A DNA stretch of 64,000 bases from Candidatus Poribacteria bacterium (lineage in GTDB: Bacteria > Poribacteria > WGA-4E > PCPOR2b). Of this stretch, positions 29,229 through 38,006 are shown piece by piece (the stretch's first letter is position 1; the number at the start of each line of letters is the position of its first letter). Where the stretch lies: assembly GCA_965198175.1 (NCBI GenBank), contig OZ240245.1, positions 3,675,030 to 3,739,029 on the forward strand. The letters run 5' to 3'. The notes beneath the pieces were generated by a model that was given only the letters and a program-made list of their open reading frames with translations, did not search any database and was not told where the DNA came from. The translations under genes were made by a program, and so were the position numbers.

Positions 29229-30677
29229 GTGATGATGAGAGATCGAAAAATGGAATCCTATTCTGACGACTGGAGAAAACGGGAAGAAGCGGCTGAAGCA
29301 ATGATTCCTCTGATTGGAAACCTTTATCGGAATCACGGCGTGGTTACTACGGTCTACGGTCATTCACTGGTTCATGGCTCCACAATTGATATTCTAAAGG
29401 CTCATCGTTTTACTCGTCAAATTGTAAAAGATGAGCTTTCTGTCTTCACAAGCTTACGCATTCTTCAAGCGTTGAACGAGCTTAACCTATCACCAGCTCG
29501 GATTGACATTGGTAAGTTGACTACAAGGTATCTGCGTAGTGGAACAGGCACGACCTTAAACGCCTTTATCGGAAATGAACTAGCGGAAATTAACGGCGGT
29601 AAAAATACGTGCTTGTTTGAACCGCAAGATGTTGTCCTCTATGGCTTTGGACGAATCGGTCGAACGCTGGCTCGGATTCTCATTGAAAGAAGTGGCGGAG
29701 GCGCTAATTGGAGATTGCGCGCTGTCGTAGTGCGTAACGAGATTAGAGGAGATCTTCTAAAACGAGCTAGCCTACTACGACGCGACTCCGTCCATGGTCA
29801 GTTCAAAGGGACCATCATTGTCAACGAGGCAGAAAACGCTTTCATTGCCAACGGCAACATGATACGTCTCCTTTACGCAGACACGCCAGAACATACCCAC
29901 TACAGCGAGTACGGCATCCACAATGCGATTGTCCTTGATAACACGGGTGCTTGGCGGGATAGAAGTGGGCTCGAGCGACACCTCAAAGCTGAAGGCGTCG
30001 CAAAAATCATCCTTACCGCACCGGGCAAGGGAGATATCCCCAATATTGTTTACGGCGTGAACAACCATGCCATTATAGCGGGTGAGAAGATTGTCTCCGC
30101 GGCTAGCTGTACTACTAATGCAATTGTGCCCGTGCTGAAGGTGATGCACGATCGCTTCCAAATTGAAGAAGGTCACATAGAAACTTGTCATTCATACACC
30201 AATGACCAAAATCTGATTGATAATTACCACATAAAGAGTCGGAGAGGCCGGGGTGCACCGCTGAACATGGTAATTACAGAAACAGGTGCCGCTGAAGCGG
30301 TAGGCAAAGTGCTGCCGGAATTGGCAGGCAAGCTAACAGCTAATGCGATTCGAGTTCCAACGCCGAATGTATCACTCGCGATACTACATCTGACGCTAAA
30401 CAAGGCGAGTACGGTAAAAGAAGTAAACAACTATCTGCGCGGCATTTCGCTCGACTCGCCGTTGCAAGGACAGATTGACTACACCAGTTCCCCGGATGCA
30501 GTTTCCAGCGACTTCACAGGGACTTTGAAAACAGGGATAGTTGACTCGTTAGCAACCATAGTGTCTGGGCATCGGTGTGTGCTGTACGTGTGGTATGACA
30601 ACGAATTTGGTTACAGCCACCAGGTAGTTCGCATTCTTCAGAATATTGCAGGTTTGGAACTTCCCGCTTTTCCTTGA
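29229..30677 (+). CDS. glyceraldehyde-3-phosphate dehydrogenase family protein with an N-terminal extension of about 130 aa
   Basis: The Rossmann motif GFGRIGR and the catalytic ASCTTN motif are present. The C-terminal domain resembles GAPDH. Confidence 0.6.
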   Translation: MMMRDRKMESYSDDWRKREEAAEAMIPLIGNLYRNHGVVTTVYGHSLVHGSTIDILKAHRFTRQIVKDELSVFTSLRILQALNELNLSPARIDIGKLTTRYLRSGTGTTLNAFIGNELAEINGGKNTCLFEPQDVVLYGFGRIGRTLARILIERSGGGANWRLRAVVVRNEIRGDLLKRASLLRRDSVHGQFKGTIIVNEAENAFIANGNMIRLLYADTPEHTHYSEYGIHNAIVLDNTGAWRDRSGLERHLKAEGVAKIILTAPGKGDIPNIVYGVNNHAIIAGEKIVSAASCTTNAIVPVLKVMHDRFQIEEGHIETCHSYTNDQNLIDNYHIKSRRGRGAPLNMVITETGAAEAVGKVLPELAGKLTANAIRVPTPNVSLAILHLTLNKASTVKEVNNYLRGISLDSPLQGQIDYTSSPDAVSSDFTGTLKTGIVDSLATIVSGHRCVLYVWYDNEFGYSHQVVRILQNIAGLELPAFP

Positions 30678-30927
30678 TAACCCTTTCAATCTCGAAAATC
30701 GCGCATTGAACGTTGATTAAGGGTCTCACTGTACCCTCCCCGCAATCCCTCTTGGTAAGGAGGAGGACTAGGCTGTAAAGAATCATTCCCCTCCTTACTA
30801 AGGAGGGGTTAGGGGAGGTTCATAACACGTAGCCACGATCAAAGGAGATCGACCGAGCAGATAGCAAGGGCGACAGTTTTCTGAAGACTATCGCCTTCCC
30901 TATTAGGTCAGTTGATCCTCATGCATA

Positions 30928-32286
30928 ATGAAAAAAGCGACTTCAGTGCGCCAACTTGCGTTGGACTGTCTGATTCAATTGGAAGAAGGCAGCACAACTA
31001 TTGCTCCTCTAATTAATCAGGCGATTCAGCGAAGTCATTTGCATACTATAGATCGTGGATTGCTTAACGAACTCGTTTATGGAGTGGTCCGGTGGAGAAA
31101 GCAACTTGATTGGATTCTCCGCCATTTTGTGGATGGTCGCTTTCGTTTGGATTTGAGGAGCCGCAACCTTTTGCGGTTAGGGGTATATCAATTGCTTCAC
31201 CTCGATAAAATTCCTTCACATGCCGCTATCTACGAAACAGTCGAACTGGCAAAACCAAAACGGAAGAGGGCGCGTTTTATCAATGCCGTTCTGCGTTCAG
31301 TTCAGCGAGATGGTGATAGCCTTCAGTATTCACCTCTAGAATCCGATCCTCTCCAGCATATCTCGATTTCACTTTCCTACCCGTTGTGGTTGGTGAAACG
31401 CTGGATGATGCACTACGGAGTTCAGTGGACGCACGCGTTCTGTCGTGCAAGTAATCAGGTCGCACCACTCTCCATCCGTGTCAATTCCTTGAAAACCAAT
31501 CGAGATGAGTTAATCGAATTGCTTACGGCGGATAGCGCTTCAGTAAAGGCAAGCCAATTAACGCCCGACGGTTTGTTGCTTGCGGATTCACCTTCCATCC
31601 AGTCATTGCAAGCTTACCAAAATGGCTGGTTCTACGTACAAGATGAAAGTGCGATGTTAGTAGCGCACTTGCTTCGTCCCCAACCGGGGAAAAAGGTTGT
31701 AGATCTCTGTGCGGCGCCCGGTGGGAAGACGAGCCATATCGCGCAACTCATGGGAAACACAGGCCAGATTATTGCTGTGGATGTTTCACAAAACAGGGTT
31801 CGACGCGTTGAGGAGAACTGCCAACGCCTCGGTATAACAACTGTCCAAGTGCAAGTCGCGGATGCTGCCAACTCCCCACTCGACTTCCTGAAGGACGTGG
31901 ATTACTTCCTCGTTGATGCGCCCTGTTCAGGATTAGGAGCGCTGCGGCGCCATCCGGATATACGCTGGAACAAAACCCCTGAACAGATTAACGAACTTGC
32001 TCAACTACAGTTTAACCTTTTGCAAAACGCGGCGCGAAAGGTTAAACCAGGCGGTGTTCTGGTTTATAGTACATGCAGCACCGAATCGGAAGAGAACGAG
32101 ATGGTTATTCAACGTTTCCTCAAGACCCATCCGCACTTTGTCGTCGAAAACGCAGGAGAATTCCTACCCGCTATGTCTCCTCGCGCAATCACTCCTGAAG
32201 GATTTCTACAAACCTTTCCGCATGAACACGGCATTGATGGCACTTTCGCAGCGCGTCTAAGAGTCAGGCGGACAATTAAATCATAA
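30928..32286 (+). CDS. rsmB: 16S rRNA m5C967 methyltransferase RsmB/Sun
   Basis: It has a NusB-like N-domain, the SAM motif DLCAAPGGKT and the catalytic DAPCSG. Confidence 0.75.
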   Translation: MKKATSVRQLALDCLIQLEEGSTTIAPLINQAIQRSHLHTIDRGLLNELVYGVVRWRKQLDWILRHFVDGRFRLDLRSRNLLRLGVYQLLHLDKIPSHAAIYETVELAKPKRKRARFINAVLRSVQRDGDSLQYSPLESDPLQHISISLSYPLWLVKRWMMHYGVQWTHAFCRASNQVAPLSIRVNSLKTNRDELIELLTADSASVKASQLTPDGLLLADSPSIQSLQAYQNGWFYVQDESAMLVAHLLRPQPGKKVVDLCAAPGGKTSHIAQLMGNTGQIIAVDVSQNRVRRVEENCQRLGITTVQVQVADAANSPLDFLKDVDYFLVDAPCSGLGALRRHPDIRWNKTPEQINELAQLQFNLLQNAARKVKPGGVLVYSTCSTESEENEMVIQRFLKTHPHFVVENAGEFLPAMSPRAITPEGFLQTFPHEHGIDGTFAARLRVRRTIKS

Positions 32287-32319
32287 GAAGTAAACCGCGG
32301 TGTCCCGAACGCGATTCTT

Positions 32320-33873
32320 ATGGATTTTACTATGGCACACCCTCTTCTCGAAATGCAATCCATAACAAAAGAATTCCCGGGTGTCCGAGCGCTTGATGAC
32401 GTTTCATTTGATGTGCGGCACGGAGAAATCCACGCGCTCTGCGGTGAGAACGGTGCAGGCAAATCAACTCTGATTAAAATCCTTGGTGGTGCTTACCCTC
32501 ATGGCGCTTACACGGGTAAGATAAGCATAAATGGTCGTCCTCATCATTTCAGCACTGTCTGCGATGCAGAAAATGCCGGTGTTGCGATAATCCATCAAGA
32601 GCTAGCATTGGTTCCAGAGATGACAGTCGGCGAAAATATCTATTTGGGTCAGGAGCCCAAGCGGTTTGGGTTCATCAACTGGAATCAATTGTATCATCAG
32701 GCAGTGTATCTGCTAGCAGATTTTGAACTTTCTCTTCAGCCTCAAACCCTAGTGAATCAATTGGGGATCGGCGGGCAACAATTGGTGGCAATCGCCAAAG
32801 CCCTGTCTCGTGAAGCACGTCTCCTTGTACTTGATGAGCCGACTGCCGCGCTGACTGAAAGTGAAATAGAAAACCTGATGCGCATCCTTCGTCAACTGCG
32901 CGAGAAAGGTGTCTCTTGTATTTACATCACGCATAAGCTCAAGGAAATTTTCGAGATAGCGAATCGTGTAACCGTCCTGCGTGACGGTAAAACAGTAGGT
33001 ACTATTCCGATGAAGGAGTGCAATGAAGGTGAACTGATTACACGGATGGTTGGGCGTGAATTGAGGGATTTCTACCCGAAAAGCGAAAAGCAAATCGGAG
33101 GAGTCGCTTTACAAGTGCGAAAGCTCAATGCCGATTATCCGGACAGACCCAATCAGCAATTCCTCAGAGACATAAACTTTACGGTGCGCTTCGGGGAAAT
33201 TATCGGAATCGCAGGACTGATGGGATCCGGGCGGACAGAGCTACTAACTGCCATTTTTGGTGCCTATTCGGGCAAGTGCACAGGTGAAATCGTCGTCGAT
33301 GGCGTTCAGGTTTTGATCGACTCTCCTCACGACGCGATTAGTCACGGGATAGGTCTTGTCAGCGAGGATCGCAAGCGGTACGGATTAATCCTTGACACAG
33401 ACGTTCCCTCGAACATGACGCTCGCTAGCCTTGATGCCCTCTTTAAGGAACCGGGGAAACGGCTTGCGCCTTGTGGGATCATCAATCGGAACGAAGAGTT
33501 TCGCCAAAGCAATCACTATGTTGAATCTCTGCAGATTAAGGCTACCTCGCTTGATGCACCTGTCAACCATCTTAGCGGCGGCAATCAACAGAAGGTAGTT
33601 TTGGGTAAATGCTTGATGACCCAGCCGAGGATTCTTCTCCTTGACGAGCCTACACGTGGCATTGATGTGGGTGCCAAAGCGGAGATTCACAGGTTGATTG
33701 CTCAACTTGCCCGTAAAGGTGTTGCAATCGTAATGGTCTCATCCGAACTCCCCGAAATCTTGCACATGAGCGATCGCATCCTTGTTTTGCATGAAGGGGA
33801 AATTACGGGGGAATTTGTTAATGACAATACTACTCAAGCGGAGATTTTAAGGTGCGCTGCAGGCGAACGGTAA
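32320..33873 (+). CDS. sugar-type ABC transporter ATP-binding protein with duplicated ABC domains (RbsA/MglA-like)
   Basis: It has two Walker A motifs and two LSGG signature motifs. Confidence 0.7.
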   Translation: MDFTMAHPLLEMQSITKEFPGVRALDDVSFDVRHGEIHALCGENGAGKSTLIKILGGAYPHGAYTGKISINGRPHHFSTVCDAENAGVAIIHQELALVPEMTVGENIYLGQEPKRFGFINWNQLYHQAVYLLADFELSLQPQTLVNQLGIGGQQLVAIAKALSREARLLVLDEPTAALTESEIENLMRILRQLREKGVSCIYITHKLKEIFEIANRVTVLRDGKTVGTIPMKECNEGELITRMVGRELRDFYPKSEKQIGGVALQVRKLNADYPDRPNQQFLRDINFTVRFGEIIGIAGLMGSGRTELLTAIFGAYSGKCTGEIVVDGVQVLIDSPHDAISHGIGLVSEDRKRYGLILDTDVPSNMTLASLDALFKEPGKRLAPCGIINRNEEFRQSNHYVESLQIKATSLDAPVNHLSGGNQQKVVLGKCLMTQPRILLLDEPTRGIDVGAKAEIHRLIAQLARKGVAIVMVSSELPEILHMSDRILVLHEGEITGEFVNDNTTQAEILRCAAGER

Positions 33874-33918
33874 ATGTGTAACTATTGTAATGGAAGTCAA
33901 ACTTAACGGAGAATTGCT

Positions 33919-34887
33919 TTGGAAAACACAAGAATAGTTTGTACAGGTCCCATTGAAAATATCGCAGTTGAAATCTTGAGCCCATTCGGCGAAGTCATTA
34001 TTGCTTCAGCTTTTGAAGAGGAAGTGTTACTGCCGCTTCTAGATAGAGCAATCGGCCTAGTGGTCCGGGGTGTTGAGGGAAGCGTGAGCGCTCGCGTCAT
34101 TAATGCAGCTACGGATTTAAAGGTAATCGGTCGCTCCGGTGTAGGATATGACAATGTAGACATCAAAGCCGCTACCGCGCGTAAAATTCCAGTGGTTTAC
34201 ACACCTGGAGTCAACGCACGCGCGATAGCGGAGGCAGCGGTCGCCCTAATTTTCACGTTGTGTAAGAAGGTAGTCTTTTGGGACCAACAGCTAAAACTTG
34301 GCAACTGGAACAGCCGGTTCCAACACCAACCAGGTGACTTGGATGGCGCTACGTTGGGCATTATCGGCTTCGGACGAATCGGACAAATGCTGGCGGAGTT
34401 GATTCGGCCATTTAATGTAACGATTCTAGCGTACGATCCCTATGTATCGAACGAACGAGCGAAGCAGCTTGAAACAGAACTTGTTGATCTTGAAGCTTTA
34501 TTGGAGCGGTCAGACTTCATCTCTATCCATGCTGTCCTGACCGATGAAACACAAGGACTAATTGACCGTGATCGGATGCGACAGATTAAACCAGGCGCTT
34601 ACATTGTTAACCTGGCGCGGGGTGGACTCATTGAAAGTCTAGATGTGCTTTATGAAGCCTTGGAATCGGGGAAATTAGGAGGTGTTGGACTAGACGTTTT
34701 CCAACCGGAACCCCCAGACGTCAGTCATCCCATCTTTCAATCGCCCAACTGCGTGACATCGCCTCATGCGTTGGGATTGACGCCGCAGGCGATGACGAAA
34801 ATCTTCGAGAGCATGGCTAACGATATGGCGGCAGTGTTCAATGGAAAGTCCCCACGGCATGTTGTAAACCCGGAAGTTTTTTCTTAG
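33919..34887 (+). CDS. D-2-hydroxyacid dehydrogenase (phosphoglycerate dehydrogenase/hydroxypyruvate reductase-like)
   Basis: GxGxxG and the catalytic R/E/H triad are present. Confidence 0.7.
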   Translation: MENTRIVCTGPIENIAVEILSPFGEVIIASAFEEEVLLPLLDRAIGLVVRGVEGSVSARVINAATDLKVIGRSGVGYDNVDIKAATARKIPVVYTPGVNARAIAEAAVALIFTLCKKVVFWDQQLKLGNWNSRFQHQPGDLDGATLGIIGFGRIGQMLAELIRPFNVTILAYDPYVSNERAKQLETELVDLEALLERSDFISIHAVLTDETQGLIDRDRMRQIKPGAYIVNLARGGLIESLDVLYEALESGKLGGVGLDVFQPEPPDVSHPIFQSPNCVTSPHALGLTPQAMTKIFESMANDMAAVFNGKSPRHVVNPEVFS

Positions 34888-34953
34888 AATGGGGTATCGA
34901 TTGTGAATAGTGGATACCATCCTCGCTTTGGACAAATTTATTGAGGCTACAGC

Positions 34954-36882
34954 ATGAATAGCTCTTCTGAATTCGAGAAGAAAAGCGCTAGCGGTCTTAC
35001 CCTCCGCGTATTAATCATCGGGCTTCTGCTTGTTATCATCAACTCGTATTGGATCAATCTCTTCATTCCCTTCTATGGCGGCATCCTGCACAGTTATATG
35101 TCGCTCTTCTCGAACACCGTCTTCACCTTGCTAGTCATTCTTCTCCTTAACCCCCTGCTGGCACGTATACGCCCTCACTATGCCCTGCATGGATCGGAAG
35201 CGCTGGCGATATATATCATGCTGATTATGGTTTCTACTGTAGGCGGCGCGCCGCACCTGAGCTATCTGGCTTATATGCTACCCCATCCGTTTTGGTTCGC
35301 CTCATCAGAAAATGACTGGGATAACCTTTTTCTAGGTCACATTCCCGACTGGATGACGGTGCAGAATACACAAGTGTTGAGAGGATTTTATGAGGGGGAT
35401 TCGTCGTTTTGGATGTCGCAGAACTTCAACAGTTGGCTGGTTCCGCTGCTAACCTGGTCTATTTTCATGTTGGTTCTCTATTTTGTACTGATGTGCATGA
35501 ACACTATTCTGAGAAAGCAGTTCACCGACTATGAACGACTGACGTATCCGATCACCTGGTTACCGCTGGAAATGGGGAGAAAACCAGCCAGCTTCTTCGC
35601 GAACAAGTTGATGTGGATTGGGTTTGGCATCGCGGCAGGTGGCGGTTTGCTAAACGGCTTGAGTCATCTGTATCCCGCACTTCCTTCGCTGCCGATTCGA
35701 GCGCTGGACAACCGAATCACCCACCTATTCCTCGAACGGCCCTGGAACGCTGTTGGAACAATGCTGATAGCGCTTCACCCTTTCGCTATTGGCCTCTCCT
35801 TTTTTATGCCCTTGGACCTGGCATTCTCGTCATTGTTTTTCTTTTTCTTTGGAAAAGCTGTGCTCGTGCTAAGAAGTGCAATGGGACTGCAGATGAATCT
35901 TTATCTCGATGAGCAGTCAGAAGGGGCATGGATCGGGTTAGGTCTTCTCGCGTTATGGGTGGGGCGCAGGCACTTGAAACAGGTGTTCACCGTAGCCGCG
36001 ACAGGAAAGGGGGAAATTGACGATTCAAAGGAGCCCATGACATATAAATGGGCTATATTCGGAATCGTCGGGGGAGTACTTTTCCTTATATTCTTTGCTG
36101 CAAAAGCGGGACTCTCCCTTTGGGTGTTTCTTCTGTTTATCGCAGTTTACTTCTTGATGGCAATCAGCCTGACAAAAGTTAGAGCAGGTCTCGGTCCGCC
36201 CATGCACGAGGTCATATTCAAAGATCCGGCAACAACTATGGTTTCCGCACTGGGAACGAGGACGATTGGCGCAAAGAACTTAACCCTCATGTCGTTCCTT
36301 TACTGGCTAAACCGAGTCAACACGTCGCATCCAATGCCTAACCAGCTTGAAGCCTTCCGAATCAGTGAACAAGCGCAGTTAAACAGTCGAAAACTAACCG
36401 TTGTAATGCTAGCTTCGCTTGCTGTTAGCATCATTGTAACTTGGACGGTCTATTTTTCCCACGCGTATGAGCGTGGTGCCGGTTTGGGTGGAGGGGGTAT
36501 TGCATGGGAATGCTTTAATCGCCTGCAACGCTGGCTGAATTCTCCGACTGAATACAACTATCCCGCGATAATCGCTATGGGAACTGGGTTCGGGGTCACC
36601 CTTTTGCTGTCCGCGATGAAGCTTCGTTTTCTATGGTGGCCCTTTCATCCGATAGGGTATGTAATCGGGACCGGCAGGTGGGGCGACTTGTCCTTCATCT
36701 GGTTTCCAATGCTTCTCTGTTGGGCGCTCAAGTTGGGAATTCTACGGTATGGTGGGTTGCAAGCCTATCGAAAGGCGATTCCCTTTTTTGCGGGCTTGAT
36801 TCTCGGAGATTATTCTATGGCTTGTCTCTGGGGCATCATTGGTTGGGCGCTTAAAAGGCAGATGTATCAGATTTGGGTTTAA
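34954..36882 (+). CDS. hypothetical polytopic membrane protein (642 aa, at least 12 TM helices)
   Basis: It is highly hydrophobic. I recognise no family. Confidence 0.5.
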   Translation: MNSSSEFEKKSASGLTLRVLIIGLLLVIINSYWINLFIPFYGGILHSYMSLFSNTVFTLLVILLLNPLLARIRPHYALHGSEALAIYIMLIMVSTVGGAPHLSYLAYMLPHPFWFASSENDWDNLFLGHIPDWMTVQNTQVLRGFYEGDSSFWMSQNFNSWLVPLLTWSIFMLVLYFVLMCMNTILRKQFTDYERLTYPITWLPLEMGRKPASFFANKLMWIGFGIAAGGGLLNGLSHLYPALPSLPIRALDNRITHLFLERPWNAVGTMLIALHPFAIGLSFFMPLDLAFSSLFFFFFGKAVLVLRSAMGLQMNLYLDEQSEGAWIGLGLLALWVGRRHLKQVFTVAATGKGEIDDSKEPMTYKWAIFGIVGGVLFLIFFAAKAGLSLWVFLLFIAVYFLMAISLTKVRAGLGPPMHEVIFKDPATTMVSALGTRTIGAKNLTLMSFLYWLNRVNTSHPMPNQLEAFRISEQAQLNSRKLTVVMLASLAVSIIVTWTVYFSHAYERGAGLGGGGIAWECFNRLQRWLNSPTEYNYPAIIAMGTGFGVTLLLSAMKLRFLWWPFHPIGYVIGTGRWGDLSFIWFPMLLCWALKLGILRYGGLQAYRKAIPFFAGLILGDYSMACLWGIIGWALKRQMYQIWV

Positions 36883-36977
36883 TAGACAATTCTTTGTTCG
36901 CTTGACACTGCTCCACATTTGGGAAATGTTTTATTTTTTTGCACGAAAAAACCGTCCGGACTCAATTTCGCGCACCA

Positions 36978-38006
36978 TTACTCCCCACCGGTAGCCGCTT
37001 CCTTCCCGCCTTCTGGTTGCAGCACCGTCGATTTTAAGGAGAGACTGTAATCGAGCAGCATCCTTGCGTACGGGATATTGTGTAGCCCATAACCGCTGTC
37101 GCCTTTTACCATGTCATAATTCCATTTCGCAGCCTTGTACGCTTCACTGTCTAAATCGGTCGCACGGTCAAGCATGGCTTTTATTGCTTGCATTTTACCT
37201 TCCATCTCTTCACGATACCCTTTTAGCCTAGCTTCCATATTATCGTGGCAATCGGCGCAAATCGAGAAGTCCGCGATAAATGTATGTCCGCCGCGTTGAG
37301 CGATTTCATCTTTCGATTCTTTTTTCGCCATGTGACAATGTATACATCGCTTCTTCATGACTCTAACGTGTGGCGAAGGCTTTCGTCTGACGCCCTTCCC
37401 GTCACGTCCGAGGAACATTTCCGCCTGAGATTGGTGGATAATACCCGCTCCGGCGCATCCGCAATCCATTTTATGGCAGGAGACACATAGCTTTCTAGGC
37501 GATCTTACCAATAGATGCTCGCGATTGCTGCTATGCAAATGGCACGATGAACAACTGATAGCGTTCACAGCAGTTTCTAGATTGTAAAGGTGATCTTTAG
37601 ATCCGCCTATTTTGGAATGTATCTCATAGCCGGCCGAATGGCAACTAAGGCAAGAGACGCGTACGGGATGGTCCCCGTGGTCAAGGTTGATCAATGCCTT
37701 CGCGTGCCCAGCAGTCTTCCATTCAGCGTAAGCTGCTTCATTTCCGTGGCACATGTAACACTTTTCGCGGAAAGGGGAATCTTCTTGAATAGCAATGGAA
37801 CTGGTAGCGGGCTCAGAATGCCCTCTCTCGCCCGCTTGGAGGTGGTTAATGGAAATGAATCCAATGATGAGCATAAATGCCGTCAGCAATAAGAATAAGA
37901 GCGATTGTTTCAAATATTGCAATGCTTCTCTCCTTCTCGCGACAACGTAATGTAGGCGCGCCGAGACTCGGTTTCCCACCTCAATCCTGCGGGTGCTACT
38001 TGACAA
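36978..38006 (-). CDS. hexaheme c-type cytochrome with six CxxCH motifs, membrane-anchored or secreted
   Basis: The motifs are CYMCH, CLSCH, CSSCH, CVSCH, CIHCH and CADCH. It has an N-terminal hydrophobic segment. It overlaps the upstream WD40 gene by 11 nt. Confidence 0.7.
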   Translation of the reverse strand: MSSSTRRIEVGNRVSARLHYVVARRREALQYLKQSLLFLLLTAFMLIIGFISINHLQAGERGHSEPATSSIAIQEDSPFREKCYMCHGNEAAYAEWKTAGHAKALINLDHGDHPVRVSCLSCHSAGYEIHSKIGGSKDHLYNLETAVNAISCSSCHLHSSNREHLLVRSPRKLCVSCHKMDCGCAGAGIIHQSQAEMFLGRDGKGVRRKPSPHVRVMKKRCIHCHMAKKESKDEIAQRGGHTFIADFSICADCHDNMEARLKGYREEMEGKMQAIKAMLDRATDLDSEAYKAAKWNYDMVKGDSGYGLHNIPYARMLLDYSLSLKSTVLQPEGGKEAATGGE

